From contig CAXXHB010000003.1 of the NCBI GenBank assembly GCA_963664815.2, positions 288,001 through 352,000 of the forward strand: 64,000 nucleotides of DNA, given 5' to 3'. The notes under the pieces were generated by a model that was given only the letters and a program-made list of their open reading frames with translations, was not told where the DNA came from and ran no database searches. This DNA comes from Spirochaetota bacterium. Lineage in GTDB: Bacteria > Spirochaetota > UBA4802 > UBA5550. Within the stretch, counting starts at the first letter, position 1, and every line of letters begins with the position of its first letter. Both the position numbers and the translations under genes were made by a program. Shown here in pieces: positions 50,131-61,123 of the stretch.

Positions 50131-51450
50131 GTGACAATTAAGAAAACCGATATAAAAAGCCCTGAAGGTAAACTTGGTATAGTGATGCCTGGTCTCGGCG
50201 CGATAAGTTCAACAGTTATAGCAGGTGTTTATTTAATAAGAAGAGGAATGCATAAACCTATAGGGTCTTTAACACAAATGGGAAAACTCAGGGTTGGTAA
50301 GGGAATTGATGCACAGGATATGAATATAAAAGATTTTATTCCGCTGGCGGCACTGGAAGATATTGAATTCGGAGGTTGGGATATCTTTGAAGATAATATA
50401 TATGAATCTGCAAAAAATGCAGCCGTTCTTTCAAGAGAGGATATAGATCCTATAAAAGATGAACTTTCAAAAATCAAGCCGTGGAAAGCTGTTTTTAAAA
50501 ATGAATATTGTAAAAATCTGAATGGAAAATGGGTAAAGGATGCTCCAACTTTGTGGGATCTTGCACAGATGGTAAAGGATGATATTTTAAATTTTCAGAA
50601 GGAAAAGAATTGCTCCAGAATAGTCATGATATGGTGTGCCAGTACGGAGATTTACCAGGAGATGATCCCCGGAGTGCATGATACTGTTGCCAATTTTGAA
50701 AAAGCTCTGAAGGAAAACCATCCCAAAATTGCCCCCAGTATGATCTACTGTTACGCTGCAATGAGTCTTGGAATACCTTATGCCAATGGTGCACCTAATC
50801 TCTGTAATGATATTCCAGCTTTCTGGGAGCTTGCCCAAAAGAACCATGTTCCCATGTGTGGTAAAGATTTTAAAACCGGTCAGACTTTCATGAAAACGCT
50901 TCTTGCTCCAGGTCTTAAAGCGAGGATGCTCGGCATGAAAGGCTGGTATTCTACTAATATTTTAGGGAACAGGGATGGGGAAGTGCTTGATGATCCGGAT
51001 TCATTCAAATCAAAAGAAGTAAGTAAACTTTCGGTACTTGACCAAATCCTTGAACCAGAAGTATATCCGATACTTTACAAAGATTTTTATCATAAAGTAA
51101 CTATAAACTACTATCCCCCAAGAGGAGATAATAAAGAAGGCTGGGATAATATAGATATATTCGGATGGCTCGGATATCCTATGCAGATAAAGGTAAACTT
51201 CCTTTGCCGGGATTCAATCCTTGCTGCACCCTTTGTCCTTGATCTTGCAATATTCCTTGATCTTGCCAAAAGGGCTTCTTTGTCAGGAAACCAGGAGTGG
51301 CTTTCCTTCTACTGGAAGAGTCCCATGCATGCACCAAATGAAGATCCCGAGCATGATATATTTATTCAATTGATGAGACTTAAGAATACTTTAAGGTGGC
51401 TAATGGACGAGCCTCCGGTTACGTATCTTGGATCTGAAACATATAATTAA
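50131..51450 (+). CDS. ino1: myo-Inositol-1(3)-phosphate synthase
   Basis: GLGA, FGGWD, GKDFKTGQT, NILGNRDG, YYPPRGDNKE and CRDSILAAP motifs. Confidence 0.95.
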   Translation: MTIKKTDIKSPEGKLGIVMPGLGAISSTVIAGVYLIRRGMHKPIGSLTQMGKLRVGKGIDAQDMNIKDFIPLAALEDIEFGGWDIFEDNIYESAKNAAVLSREDIDPIKDELSKIKPWKAVFKNEYCKNLNGKWVKDAPTLWDLAQMVKDDILNFQKEKNCSRIVMIWCASTEIYQEMIPGVHDTVANFEKALKENHPKIAPSMIYCYAAMSLGIPYANGAPNLCNDIPAFWELAQKNHVPMCGKDFKTGQTFMKTLLAPGLKARMLGMKGWYSTNILGNRDGEVLDDPDSFKSKEVSKLSVLDQILEPEVYPILYKDFYHKVTINYYPPRGDNKEGWDNIDIFGWLGYPMQIKVNFLCRDSILAAPFVLDLAIFLDLAKRASLSGNQEWLSFYWKSPMHAPNEDPEHDIFIQLMRLKNTLRWLMDEPPVTYLGSETYN

Positions 51451-51453
51451 AAG

Positions 51454-51485
51454 ATTAAAAGGCTGCCTTGAGGCAGCCTTTTAAT
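51454..51485 (+). terminator. Intrinsic terminator after ino1
   Basis: ATTAAAAGGCTGCCT-TG-AGGCAGCCTTTTAAT. Confidence 0.8.
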
Positions 51486-51624
51486 AATTATGGGAAGGTG
51501 TTTGTCTTCTCTCTTCTGTCTAGATATGTGCAAAACTTGCGTGTATTCAAATATTTGAGTGGGAAAAATCCTCCCTGCGTCTGTTGGAAGCTTCATTCTG
51601 CTCTGGAATATTGAAAGGTGGGTG

Positions 51625-52668
51625 ATGACAAAGAATTTATTTCTTCTCTTCATTTTTTTTATAACTGTGTGCCTGAATATAAAACCGGCCTATTCAGAGA
51701 ATATTTCTATTGCTACAAATAACGCAGGCTCTTTCCTGAACTTTATATTGGATGGAGATGTGTTATATAAAACTGTTTATGACGGCAGAATCAAGCTTTA
51801 TGATAAAGTAATGGCAATTTCAGGAGAGAGAGATACTTTATACTATATAAGGTGTTCAGGTGAAAAATGGATTGCCGGTTTTATAAAAGAAAATTCGAAT
51901 GCAGTGATAGAGTTTAATCTTCCCGGAAAGTTTGAAAAGCTTTATAAATATGCGGGCAGTAATAACGTTTTTTATTTTCTTGCAAAGCCGGTGAAAGATG
52001 ATGCCGGAAGTAAACCAGGCTTCAATCCGGTTTTCATAAGATTTAATCCCGATAAGTCAACTTTTCAGAGTATTGATGGAGTGGAGGACTTTATTCTGGT
52101 CGATGGTAAATCGGTTCTACTTAAAAATGGAGTTCTCGATTATAATGGAATGCAGATACCATTAATGTTGTCCGGGAAACTGGCAATATCCGGAATTATT
52201 GATTCAAGAATAGCGGTAATATCAGGTAATAATGGAACTGAAATAGTGGATATTATTGCAGAAAAAAGTATTTATCAGTATAAAGATAAATCCGTTCCGG
52301 ATTATAATGATGAATATAATCTTGTTCTGGAGTTTTCAGATACCATTAATAAGAAAGATACATCAAATATTGAAGATAACAGCATATATTATGAAATTTT
52401 TGTTAATGGAGTAGATGAGAACAGAACTGAAACAGGCCGGGGTGAGTTGGTTAAAACTGTTTATTCCAAATTTACACCAGGAAAATATTATATAATAAAA
52501 CCTGAACGTTGGGAACTTGACAGAATAAAAGGTCGTTATAGCAGGATGAATAATGTTTACCAGCCGGCTGAGTTGAAAATATACATTCCCGAAAACAGAA
52601 TCCTGAAAATTAAGATTGATTTTAACGGAAATGTTTATCAAGTTAAGCAGACAGTTTTGTTTAAATAG
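51625..52668 (+). CDS. Hypothetical secreted protein
   Basis: Signal peptide from MTKNLF; beta-rich; no family recognised. Confidence 0.7.
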   Translation: MTKNLFLLFIFFITVCLNIKPAYSENISIATNNAGSFLNFILDGDVLYKTVYDGRIKLYDKVMAISGERDTLYYIRCSGEKWIAGFIKENSNAVIEFNLPGKFEKLYKYAGSNNVFYFLAKPVKDDAGSKPGFNPVFIRFNPDKSTFQSIDGVEDFILVDGKSVLLKNGVLDYNGMQIPLMLSGKLAISGIIDSRIAVISGNNGTEIVDIIAEKSIYQYKDKSVPDYNDEYNLVLEFSDTINKKDTSNIEDNSIYYEIFVNGVDENRTETGRGELVKTVYSKFTPGKYYIIKPERWELDRIKGRYSRMNNVYQPAELKIYIPENRILKIKIDFNGNVYQVKQTVLFK

Positions 52669-52718
52669 ATAAAAAAAGAGGTGTTACCCTCTTCTTTTAT
52701 CTAAAGGTTTTCATTTAT

Positions 52719-53591
52719 TTATTTAAAGTTTATAACTTCACTTTTTCTTTCATCCTGCTGGATTATTTTCTGAACTTCTTTAAATTCCGGTGAATCAACT
52801 CCATATTGTAACTCCACGGCTGTCAGGGTACTCTGATTCTTTTTATTCTTGTAGAAAATAACATCTTCTTCGCTTGTTTTACTGCTTTTGTCAAGCATGG
52901 ATTCCATAACAGCATAGCAGCTGGAGAGATATTTATATGCCCATATATCCTTTCTGTTTTCATCTCTCATTATTACATACCTTTCCAGAATTGGAATACA
53001 CGCTTTCATATTCCCAATATCATACTGTGTGGAGACATAGATTCTGAATAGTTTTGATTTATAATCAATAAACTTTTCATTATTCTTAAGATCATTATTT
53101 TTAATCTCATCAAGAGTATTTATCGCTCTTGTAAAATATGTAACGGATTTTGTCTTGGCTTCAATCTTTAATCTGTTGATGTATCTGTCCTGGGCATTTT
53201 TCCTGTCAACTTCCTGCCAGTACCATTTTTCATTGAGATATTTTGTGTTTTTATATACCTCCCGTAAACGGAATACTTCTGACTGCATATCCTCGAGAGT
53301 ATCAAATCCTTTTGAATATTCATCAACTGATCTTTTAAGAAGAAATTCTGAGTATTCCTGACTGAGCTTCTCAAGATCTTTGATTGTAGAGATGTATGGT
53401 TTGTAATCAGTTGTCATCCATCCATCTTTTGCTTTATCGCCCGTTGTGCTTTCATCTTTTTTTTCGTTGGTCTGCTTGTTCTCATCTGCTTTTTTATCCT
53501 GCGCAAATGCAGCGTTTGAAAATAGTGCACATATAAGAAATAAACCATAAATTAATGTGGATGATTTCTTAAGCATAGATCTAAGTTTCAT
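52719..53591 (-). CDS. fcpA: Flagellar coiling protein A homolog
   Basis: LNEKWYWQEVDRK, YFTRAINTLDEIKN, YDIGN..CIPILE, AYKYL and ELQYGVDSPEFK match Leptospira FcpA as I recall it; signal peptide; 290 aa. Confidence 0.85.
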   Translation of the reverse strand: MKLRSMLKKSSTLIYGLFLICALFSNAAFAQDKKADENKQTNEKKDESTTGDKAKDGWMTTDYKPYISTIKDLEKLSQEYSEFLLKRSVDEYSKGFDTLEDMQSEVFRLREVYKNTKYLNEKWYWQEVDRKNAQDRYINRLKIEAKTKSVTYFTRAINTLDEIKNNDLKNNEKFIDYKSKLFRIYVSTQYDIGNMKACIPILERYVIMRDENRKDIWAYKYLSSCYAVMESMLDKSSKTSEEDVIFYKNKKNQSTLTAVELQYGVDSPEFKEVQKIIQQDERKSEVINFK

Positions 53592-53861
53592 ATATATAAC
53601 CCCTTTGAAAACCATATGTTTAGCTTTATTTTAATAATCGACTTCCTTATATTAAAATATTATATTTTTTTATTATTAAACAGCTTAAATTTATAAAATA
53701 CAGAGTACTGTTTCATAAAAAAAGAAAACTGCCTGGAAAACAGCTGAATAATTGATCAGAAGAGGTAATCTCTAATAATTAACAAAATGCGGCAATTAAT
53801 CTTGACAATTACTTTTACTATTAAGCAAGTTTTTCATATTAAAGTAAACTAATAAATATAA

Positions 53862-54662
53862 ATGAAAAAAGAAGATAAAAAAAAATTCTGCCCCTATTGT
53901 GATTATACGGGGATAGTGCATAATCAGGGCTTTGAAGAGATGGGTGAAAATGTACTCAGTCCGTGCCCAAAATGCGTAATTCCCACCTGTAGATGTAATG
54001 GGGAGGAGCCTTATTACATCTATGATGGTGAAAAAATCATCCCCTGTTCGTGCAGGGATGTAAGAATGAAAATTGATCGTGTAATAAGTATATATTATTC
54101 TTCAGGTATTGGAAAATACTTCAGGTGGAAGACATGGGGGGATTTTAAACCTGAGAGTGAACTGGCGCAAAAGGCTTATAGTGCTGCTTACGATATAGTT
54201 ATGGATTTTCCAGAGATAAAAAAAGGTCTTTATTTGTGGGGAAATCCAGGTACAGGGAAAACGCTTCTTTCAGTAATAATTCTTACTGAACTTATTAAGC
54301 ATCATGCTGTTAACGGAAAATTTATTAAAATATCGAGAGATTTTTTCAGCATGCTGAAGTCAACCTTTGTAGAAGGTTCAGAGAAGTATGGTGAATCAAC
54401 CAGAATAGAGAAGGAACTGGCTTCTGTTGACATATTGGTCATAGATGATTTTGGGGTGCAGAGAGATTCTCCATGGGAGCAGGAGACTCTTTACAATCTC
54501 ATAGATGCCCGATATGAAGGGGAGAGGTTTACTATTATAACATCTAATAATAATCCTGAGCAGTCATTGAAAGAGCTTTCCGGTGGGAGAATTCTCTCAA
54601 GGATTAGGGAAATGTGCAAAGTTCTTGAACTTAGCGGGAAGGATTACAGAGAGAAAAAGTGA
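53862..54662 (+). CDS. DnaC/IstB-like AAA+ ATPase with a Cys-rich N-terminus
   Basis: GNPGTGKT, LVIDDFG, LIDARY, TIITSN and RILSRIREMC motifs; CPYC, CPKC, CRC and CSC. Confidence 0.85.
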   Translation: MKKEDKKKFCPYCDYTGIVHNQGFEEMGENVLSPCPKCVIPTCRCNGEEPYYIYDGEKIIPCSCRDVRMKIDRVISIYYSSGIGKYFRWKTWGDFKPESELAQKAYSAAYDIVMDFPEIKKGLYLWGNPGTGKTLLSVIILTELIKHHAVNGKFIKISRDFFSMLKSTFVEGSEKYGESTRIEKELASVDILVIDDFGVQRDSPWEQETLYNLIDARYEGERFTIITSNNNPEQSLKELSGGRILSRIREMCKVLELSGKDYREKK

Positions 54663-55123
54663 TGGCTGTTGTATATATCGGACTTGGAAGCAATGTGGGG
54701 AACAGGAACGAAAACCTTCGAACTGCAGTAATTAAAATAATAAAAAAATCAGGAGCATCTCTCCTCTCACAAAGTTCAATAAAGGAAACGAAGGCTGTTG
54801 ATTATGAAGATCAGCCGGATTTTTTAAATCAGATAATAAAAATCAGAACAGATATGAATCCCCTGGCAGTTCTTGAATTGCTTAAAGAAATTGAAATTGA
54901 AATAGGGAGAGTTTACAGGTTTTCCAAAGGTCCGCGGGAGATTGATCTTGATATCCTTCTTTATGATGATGTAATAATAAGTGAAAATGACTTAAAATTG
55001 CCTCATCCCGGGATATTGAAAAGAGGTTTTATTTTAGAACATCTTGTTGAGCTTGATCAGGAACTGGCTGATCCGTTTTCAGGAGAGAAGTATTCTGAGA
55101 TATTACGATATTACGGTGGTTAA
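54662..55123 (+). CDS. folK: 2-amino-4-hydroxy-6-hydroxymethyldihydropteridine diphosphokinase
   Basis: YIGLGSNVG, QPDFLNQ, GPREIDLDIL and LPHP motifs. Confidence 0.95.
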   Translation: MAVVYIGLGSNVGNRNENLRTAVIKIIKKSGASLLSQSSIKETKAVDYEDQPDFLNQIIKIRTDMNPLAVLELLKEIEIEIGRVYRFSKGPREIDLDILLYDDVIISENDLKLPHPGILKRGFILEHLVELDQELADPFSGEKYSEILRYYGG

Positions 55124-55444
55124 TGATGAAGGATAGTCACAATAGCGTGATTTTTTACACAGTCTGTGGCTGATTTTTTTGATATAAAGGGTATCGTGCT
55201 GGCAGATTTTTGCCGGGACTGATTTTAAAAATTTTAAAAGATGTATTATTTTTTGTTTTTTTATGACTTTCAATCTATATTTTGGTAATATTTTATGCAG
55301 AGCTAAGGGGTTGACAATAAATAAAATTTCTTGGAGCCCGGTGATGGAAATATGTAATTTTTCAGTAAATATTAAATTACTTTTTTCTGTTTAAACCTGA
55401 GTCGGGGGGAGTTATAATAATTATCATAATCAGGAAAAAATTAA

Positions 55445-56467
<1,023 letters not shown>

Positions 56468-56603
56468 CATGAGAATCTGTTTAAATCACAAAGTCCCTGT
56501 GTACCCCTGATGGGCTTTTATGATTTTATTGGACAGTCATCTGGCTTAACTTAGTCCGTTGAAATGACAAAGGGGAAATTAACAATCCGGAGTATAATAA
56601 TTT

Positions 56604-57356
56604 ATGGGCAGAAGAGAAATATTTGCCGGCAACTGGAAAATGTATAAAACATCAGCTGAGGCGATTGAACTTGTAAAAGGCCTCGTTGCAGGTGTAAAAA
56701 AAAATGATGGCAGGGAGTATGTTGTATTTCCTCCATCGCCATATATAAAAGAGATTTCTTCCTTATGCACTTCAACAGTTTTTATGACAGGTGCACAAAA
56801 TATGTATTCTGAAAATCAGGGGGCCTTCACCGGTGAAATTTCACCGGTGATGGTAAAAGACTGTGGGGCATCTTTTATACTTATTGGTCACTCAGAGAGA
56901 CGGCACATTTTTCATGAAACAGATGAAGATGTGAATAAAAAAATAAAAGCAGCAATTATGCATGGAATTCAACCGCTTTTATGCATCGGAGAACTGCTTG
57001 AAGAGAGAGAAAATGGTAAGACCGTTGCAGTGCTTAAGGGGCAAATACAGGGAGCTTTTTCCGGAATAGAAAAAGCAGATGCTGTGAAAGTGGTAATTGC
57101 ATATGAGCCTGTATGGGCAATTGGAACTGGTAAAGTTGCCACTCCAGAAATAGCTGAAGAGACTCACCTGTCTATTCGGAACATTATGGAAGAGCTTTAT
57201 GGAGAGGATATCGCTTCTGCTCTTCCTATACTTTACGGAGGTTCTGTTAAGCCTGACAATATTGCCGGTTTATATAAAATGAATAATATTGACGGTGTCC
57301 TGGTCGGGGGCGCAAGCCTGGAAATAAAAACATATCTCGAAATAATAAATATTTAA
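56604..57356 (+). CDS. tpiA: Triosephosphate isomerase
   Basis: AGNWKM, GHSERR, AYEPVWAIGTG and YGGSVK motifs. Confidence 0.97.
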   Translation: MGRREIFAGNWKMYKTSAEAIELVKGLVAGVKKNDGREYVVFPPSPYIKEISSLCTSTVFMTGAQNMYSENQGAFTGEISPVMVKDCGASFILIGHSERRHIFHETDEDVNKKIKAAIMHGIQPLLCIGELLEERENGKTVAVLKGQIQGAFSGIEKADAVKVVIAYEPVWAIGTGKVATPEIAEETHLSIRNIMEELYGEDIASALPILYGGSVKPDNIAGLYKMNNIDGVLVGGASLEIKTYLEIINI

Positions 57357-57438
57357 TAAGCAAATTTAACCGGAAGAGAGAATAAACCGGATAAATTTAT
57401 ATGTTTTGCTATAAGCATAATTTTTTAAAAAGTATTTC

Positions 57439-57467
57439 TTGACACAGAATTTATTACTCATTATTCT
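57439..57467 (+). promoter_or_regulatory. Putative sigma70 promoter upstream of secG
   Basis: TTGACA-N17-TATTCT. Confidence 0.5.
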
Positions 57468-57690
57468 GCCATGATCAACAGTGAGTAGTATAAAACGGCC
57501 TTAATCGGGTTTCTAATATATAGTTTATATAATCTGAGAAGTATCTGTTTTGAAATCAGTAACTCTGTCATATCATATGCATTTGTTTGTGCCGGGCATT
57601 ATTGAAGTAAATGAATCATTTAACCGGAAGTGATGCTTTGTATTTTTAATCATGTTAACAAAATAATAAGTTTATTTTAAAGAGGATAAA

Positions 57691-58026
57691 ATGGGTGTAC
57701 TTACTTCGGTTTTAACGGTGATTTTTGCAATTCTTTGCATTTTGCTTGTAATAGTAATTCTCCTTCAGGCAGATAAGGGTGCAGGTATGGGTATACTCGG
57801 TGGTGCTGGTCAATCTACTTTTGGTTCATCCACGGCTGATATTATCACTAAGATTACTACTTTTATGGTAGCTGTTTTTATGTTAGGTTCTCTTGGATTA
57901 TCAATCCTTGCTTCAAAAAAGACTTCATCGTTGAAAGATAAAATTTTTACCACAGAAGAAAAGCCTTCCGGTATGATTGAGAAAGCCCCTGTCCAGCCGG
58001 AAGCTGATAAAAAAAGCGATAAGTAA
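57691..58026 (+). CDS. secG: Preprotein translocase subunit SecG
   Basis: ILLQADKGAGMGILGG..FG..TKIT; 2 TM segments; follows tpiA. Confidence 0.93.
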   Translation: MGVLTSVLTVIFAILCILLVIVILLQADKGAGMGILGGAGQSTFGSSTADIITKITTFMVAVFMLGSLGLSILASKKTSSLKDKIFTTEEKPSGMIEKAPVQPEADKKSDK

Positions 58027-58098
58027 TCCGGTATTTTTTAAAATACACCTGCCGGTAAAGATTATTAAGATAATAGCCAATTAAATAGGGATAATACA

Positions 58099-59253
58099 AT
58101 GTCAAATAAAGATTTTATTTTTACATCTGAATCAGTGTCAGAAGGACATCCGGATAAAATAGCTGACCAGATATCGGATGCTATCCTTGATGCTCACCTG
58201 GCCGGAGATAAAAATTCAAGAGTAGCCTGTGAAACTCTTGTAACTACGAATCGGATAATAATTGCAGGTGAAATTACCTCATCTGTTTCTGTAGATTACG
58301 AAAAGATTGCAAGAAAGGTTGTTCAGGAGATAGGTTATGATGATCCTGAAATTGGTTTTGACTATAAAAACTGTGAAGTTCAACTTTATGTTCATGCACA
58401 GTCGCCTGATATATCGCAGGGAGTTACCGAGGGAGAGGGGCTTTATAAAGAACAGGGCGCAGGAGATCAGGGAATGATGTTTGGATTTTCTGTTGCTGAA
58501 ACAGATGAGCTGATGCCAATGCCTATACTTACAGCTCATAAGCTTGTAAAAAAACTTGCAGATGTAAGGAAAAGCGGTGAAGTAAAATTTTTCAGGCCGG
58601 ATTCCAAATCTCAGGTAACAGTACGCTATGAAAACGGGAAACCGAAGAAGGTTGATACAATTGTAATATCCACACAACATACACCGGATGTGAGCAATGA
58701 GGATATAAGGGAAGCAGTTATTGAAACCGTAATAAAGAGAGTTATTCCGGCAGATATGATAGACGTCGCCACTAAATTTTTTATTAATCCTACGGGGCGT
58801 TTTGTAGTAGGAGGTCCTCATGGTGATACAGGTTTAACCGGGAGAAAGATTATTGTTGATACATACGGTGGGATGGGCAGGCATGGTGGAGGTGCTTTTT
58901 CCGGGAAAGATCCATCCAAGGTTGACAGATCCGCAGCTTATATGGGACGCTATATAGCAAAAAATATCGTAGCTTCAGGTCTTGCTTATAAATGTGAAGT
59001 TCAACTGGCATATGCTATCGGTGTTGCCGATCCGGTATCTGTAATGGTTGATACTTTTGATACAGGGCACATACCTGAAGCAGAGATAGTAGCAAGGGTA
59101 AAAGAGTTCTTTGATATGAAACCGACTGGAATTATTAAAACTCTTGATCTTAAAAAACCGCAATTCAGGGCAACAGCAGCATACGGGCATTTTGGTCGTG
59201 AAGATGAAGGATTCAGGTGGGAACTCACCGATAAATATGAAGTATTGAAATAA
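58099..59253 (+). CDS. metK: S-adenosylmethionine synthetase
   Basis: [35 protein letters not shown] and AAYGHFGR motifs. Confidence 0.98.
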   Translation: MSNKDFIFTSESVSEGHPDKIADQISDAILDAHLAGDKNSRVACETLVTTNRIIIAGEITSSVSVDYEKIARKVVQEIGYDDPEIGFDYKNCEVQLYVHAQSPDISQGVTEGEGLYKEQGAGDQGMMFGFSVAETDELMPMPILTAHKLVKKLADVRKSGEVKFFRPDSKSQVTVRYENGKPKKVDTIVISTQHTPDVSNEDIREAVIETVIKRVIPADMIDVATKFFINPTGRFVVGGPHGDTGLTGRKIIVDTYGGMGRHGGGAFSGKDPSKVDRSAAYMGRYIAKNIVASGLAYKCEVQLAYAIGVADPVSVMVDTFDTGHIPEAEIVARVKEFFDMKPTGIIKTLDLKKPQFRATAAYGHFGREDEGFRWELTDKYEVLK

Positions 59254-59278
59254 TCCAGACATAAAACCGGACTTAAAT

Positions 59279-60853
59279 ATGAATTATTCATCAAATACAA
59301 ACAGAACTCTCAGAACGGGTTCTGTTTGTATTTTTTTATATAAGCCGGGATATTTAATAAAAATAGTTTTACTTACTTTTTTTTTATTGTTATCAGTCTT
59401 TAATTCTGCTAATTCTCAAAGTAATCCGGAGAATGATTCGGCCAAACCTGATAAGTCATCATCTTCAACTTCATCTACAACAAATTTTGACGGTAGAATG
59501 CTTGCCGGTTTAAATGGCGACTCCATGTTTTCCATTTCCATGACTCAGGGGCTCAATAATTTTGCCTACCAGTTAAATTCAACTTTATCCAATAATAATG
59601 ATTTTGATAAAAAGGACAACACAAGTTTCATGACAAATGAAACCGGCTTTACTGGCGAGCTCACACTGTTTGATTACTGGAAGATTATTCCGGAGTTTGA
59701 AATAGCGAACAGTTCCTATGGCATGTATGAAAATCAGTATTATAGCAGGGAAAATAAGGATGAAATAAGGCTCAGACTTAAAAATGAATATAAGCCTGTA
59801 CCGGCCAGATGGATTTTTGACCTGAACTATGCACGGTACGATCATGGGTTAACAGAAACTGATACCTCAGTTGAAGAAGCAGATACATTTCATTCCATGA
59901 TGGGTGTGATTGGTATGGAATATATATGGTCTGCTTCGAATAAAATCGGAATAAGGTCTGAATATGGATATAATAAATATCCTGATTTGTATAAAGATGA
60001 CTCATATTCGACTAATGAGTTATATCTGAGTTTTAAAGTAACCGAATATACAATGGTTACATTTACACCAATGGTATGCTGGAACAAGGATTGGAACAAG
60101 AATTGGAAAGATTATCTTTATTTTAAGGGAAATATATCAACTATTAATTTAAAATATCTTTCAGTAGAACTATTACATGAATATAAGCTCTCAGCTTATA
60201 AACCGGAAGAAGTAATGTATTCGCAGAAGTATATGTCCAGTCTTTACGATCTCCCCCCTGCGACAATAAATCATTCAGAACTGAAAACAGAACTTGAAAT
60301 TGAAACGGGGGCTGATTCGAGCTCGTTTTTGGGAGTAAAGAGGGTTGGTCTCAGATTAAGGGGAATATATGAGGATAATAATAATTTCTATAATTATTAT
60401 CCTTTAGCCAGCAATCTGCTGAGTGCAAAAGCGATTCCAGTGAATTTTTTAAATGGAAGAGCTGAATTTGTAACTTCAATAATTTTATTTACTCAGGTTA
60501 TAAATATGGCATTTGCCTGCGATTATTACAGGTATTTCCCTGAAGAGCCTTATGAAGATATAAAAATTACCTACAGACCGGATAGAATTTTTACCTGTAG
60601 TTTATCATACGAGGGTTCATGGCTTGAAATAGACTGGTCGAATTCTTATAGAAGCAATGTGTACATTAGTCCGGATGAAGACAAAACTCTTGGAAGTTCT
60701 GTAATCGGGAATCTTGATATTTATTTCAAACTACATGATACTCTATATCTTCACTCAAGGATAATGAACTTGTATAATGAAGAGTATAATCTTAGAGATG
60801 GTTATCCTGAACCTGGAATCCAGTTTTTTACCGGGTTGAGAATTATAATATGA
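59279..60853 (+). CDS. Outer-membrane beta-barrel protein (TonB-receptor-like C-terminus); start uncertain
   Basis: Aromatic-rich alternating strands; C-terminal NLYNEEY..GYPEPGIQFFTGLRIII; signal peptide after about residue 27. Confidence 0.7.
   Translation: MNYSSNTNRTLRTGSVCIFLYKPGYLIKIVLLTFFLLLSVFNSANSQSNPENDSAKPDKSSSSTSSTTNFDGRMLAGLNGDSMFSISMTQGLNNFAYQLNSTLSNNNDFDKKDNTSFMTNETGFTGELTLFDYWKIIPEFEIANSSYGMYENQYYSRENKDEIRLRLKNEYKPVPARWIFDLNYARYDHGLTETDTSVEEADTFHSMMGVIGMEYIWSASNKIGIRSEYGYNKYPDLYKDDSYSTNELYLSFKVTEYTMVTFTPMVCWNKDWNKNWKDYLYFKGNISTINLKYLSVELLHEYKLSAYKPEEVMYSQKYMSSLYDLPPATINHSELKTELEIETGADSSSFLGVKRVGLRLRGIYEDNNNFYNYYPLASNLLSAKAIPVNFLNGRAEFVTSIILFTQVINMAFACDYYRYFPEEPYEDIKITYRPDRIFTCSLSYEGSWLEIDWSNSYRSNVYISPDEDKTLGSSVIGNLDIYFKLHDTLYLHSRIMNLYNEEYNLRDGYPEPGIQFFTGLRIII
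59293..59337 (+). terminator. Intrinsic terminator after metK
   Basis: AAATACAAACAGAAC...GTTCTGTTTGTATTT followed by a T-run. Confidence 0.7.
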
Positions 60854-61123
60854 AACAGCAGCAAAATTATGCTGAGAGGGAATAGCTTTCCTCTTTGATT
60901 TCTGGAAATCATTTTTCTTGACATCTGAGTAATCAATATATAGAGAGTTTGCTTGATAAGCTTACACAAGAATATTGTAATAATTCCTGAAAGTGAAAAT
61001 TAGTGTAAAAATTAAGATACCTTGTGCGCTTTTACAGTGGGTCGTAATAAATTAATTTTAAATGTAAAAGTTAAGGAATTATTACTTAGAGATATAAATA
61101 AAACCGGGAATAGTATTAATATA

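Noticed and set aside
53862-54662. IS21 element (IstB-like ATPase)
   Set aside because: No istA transposase or terminal repeats; the gene is embedded among core genes.
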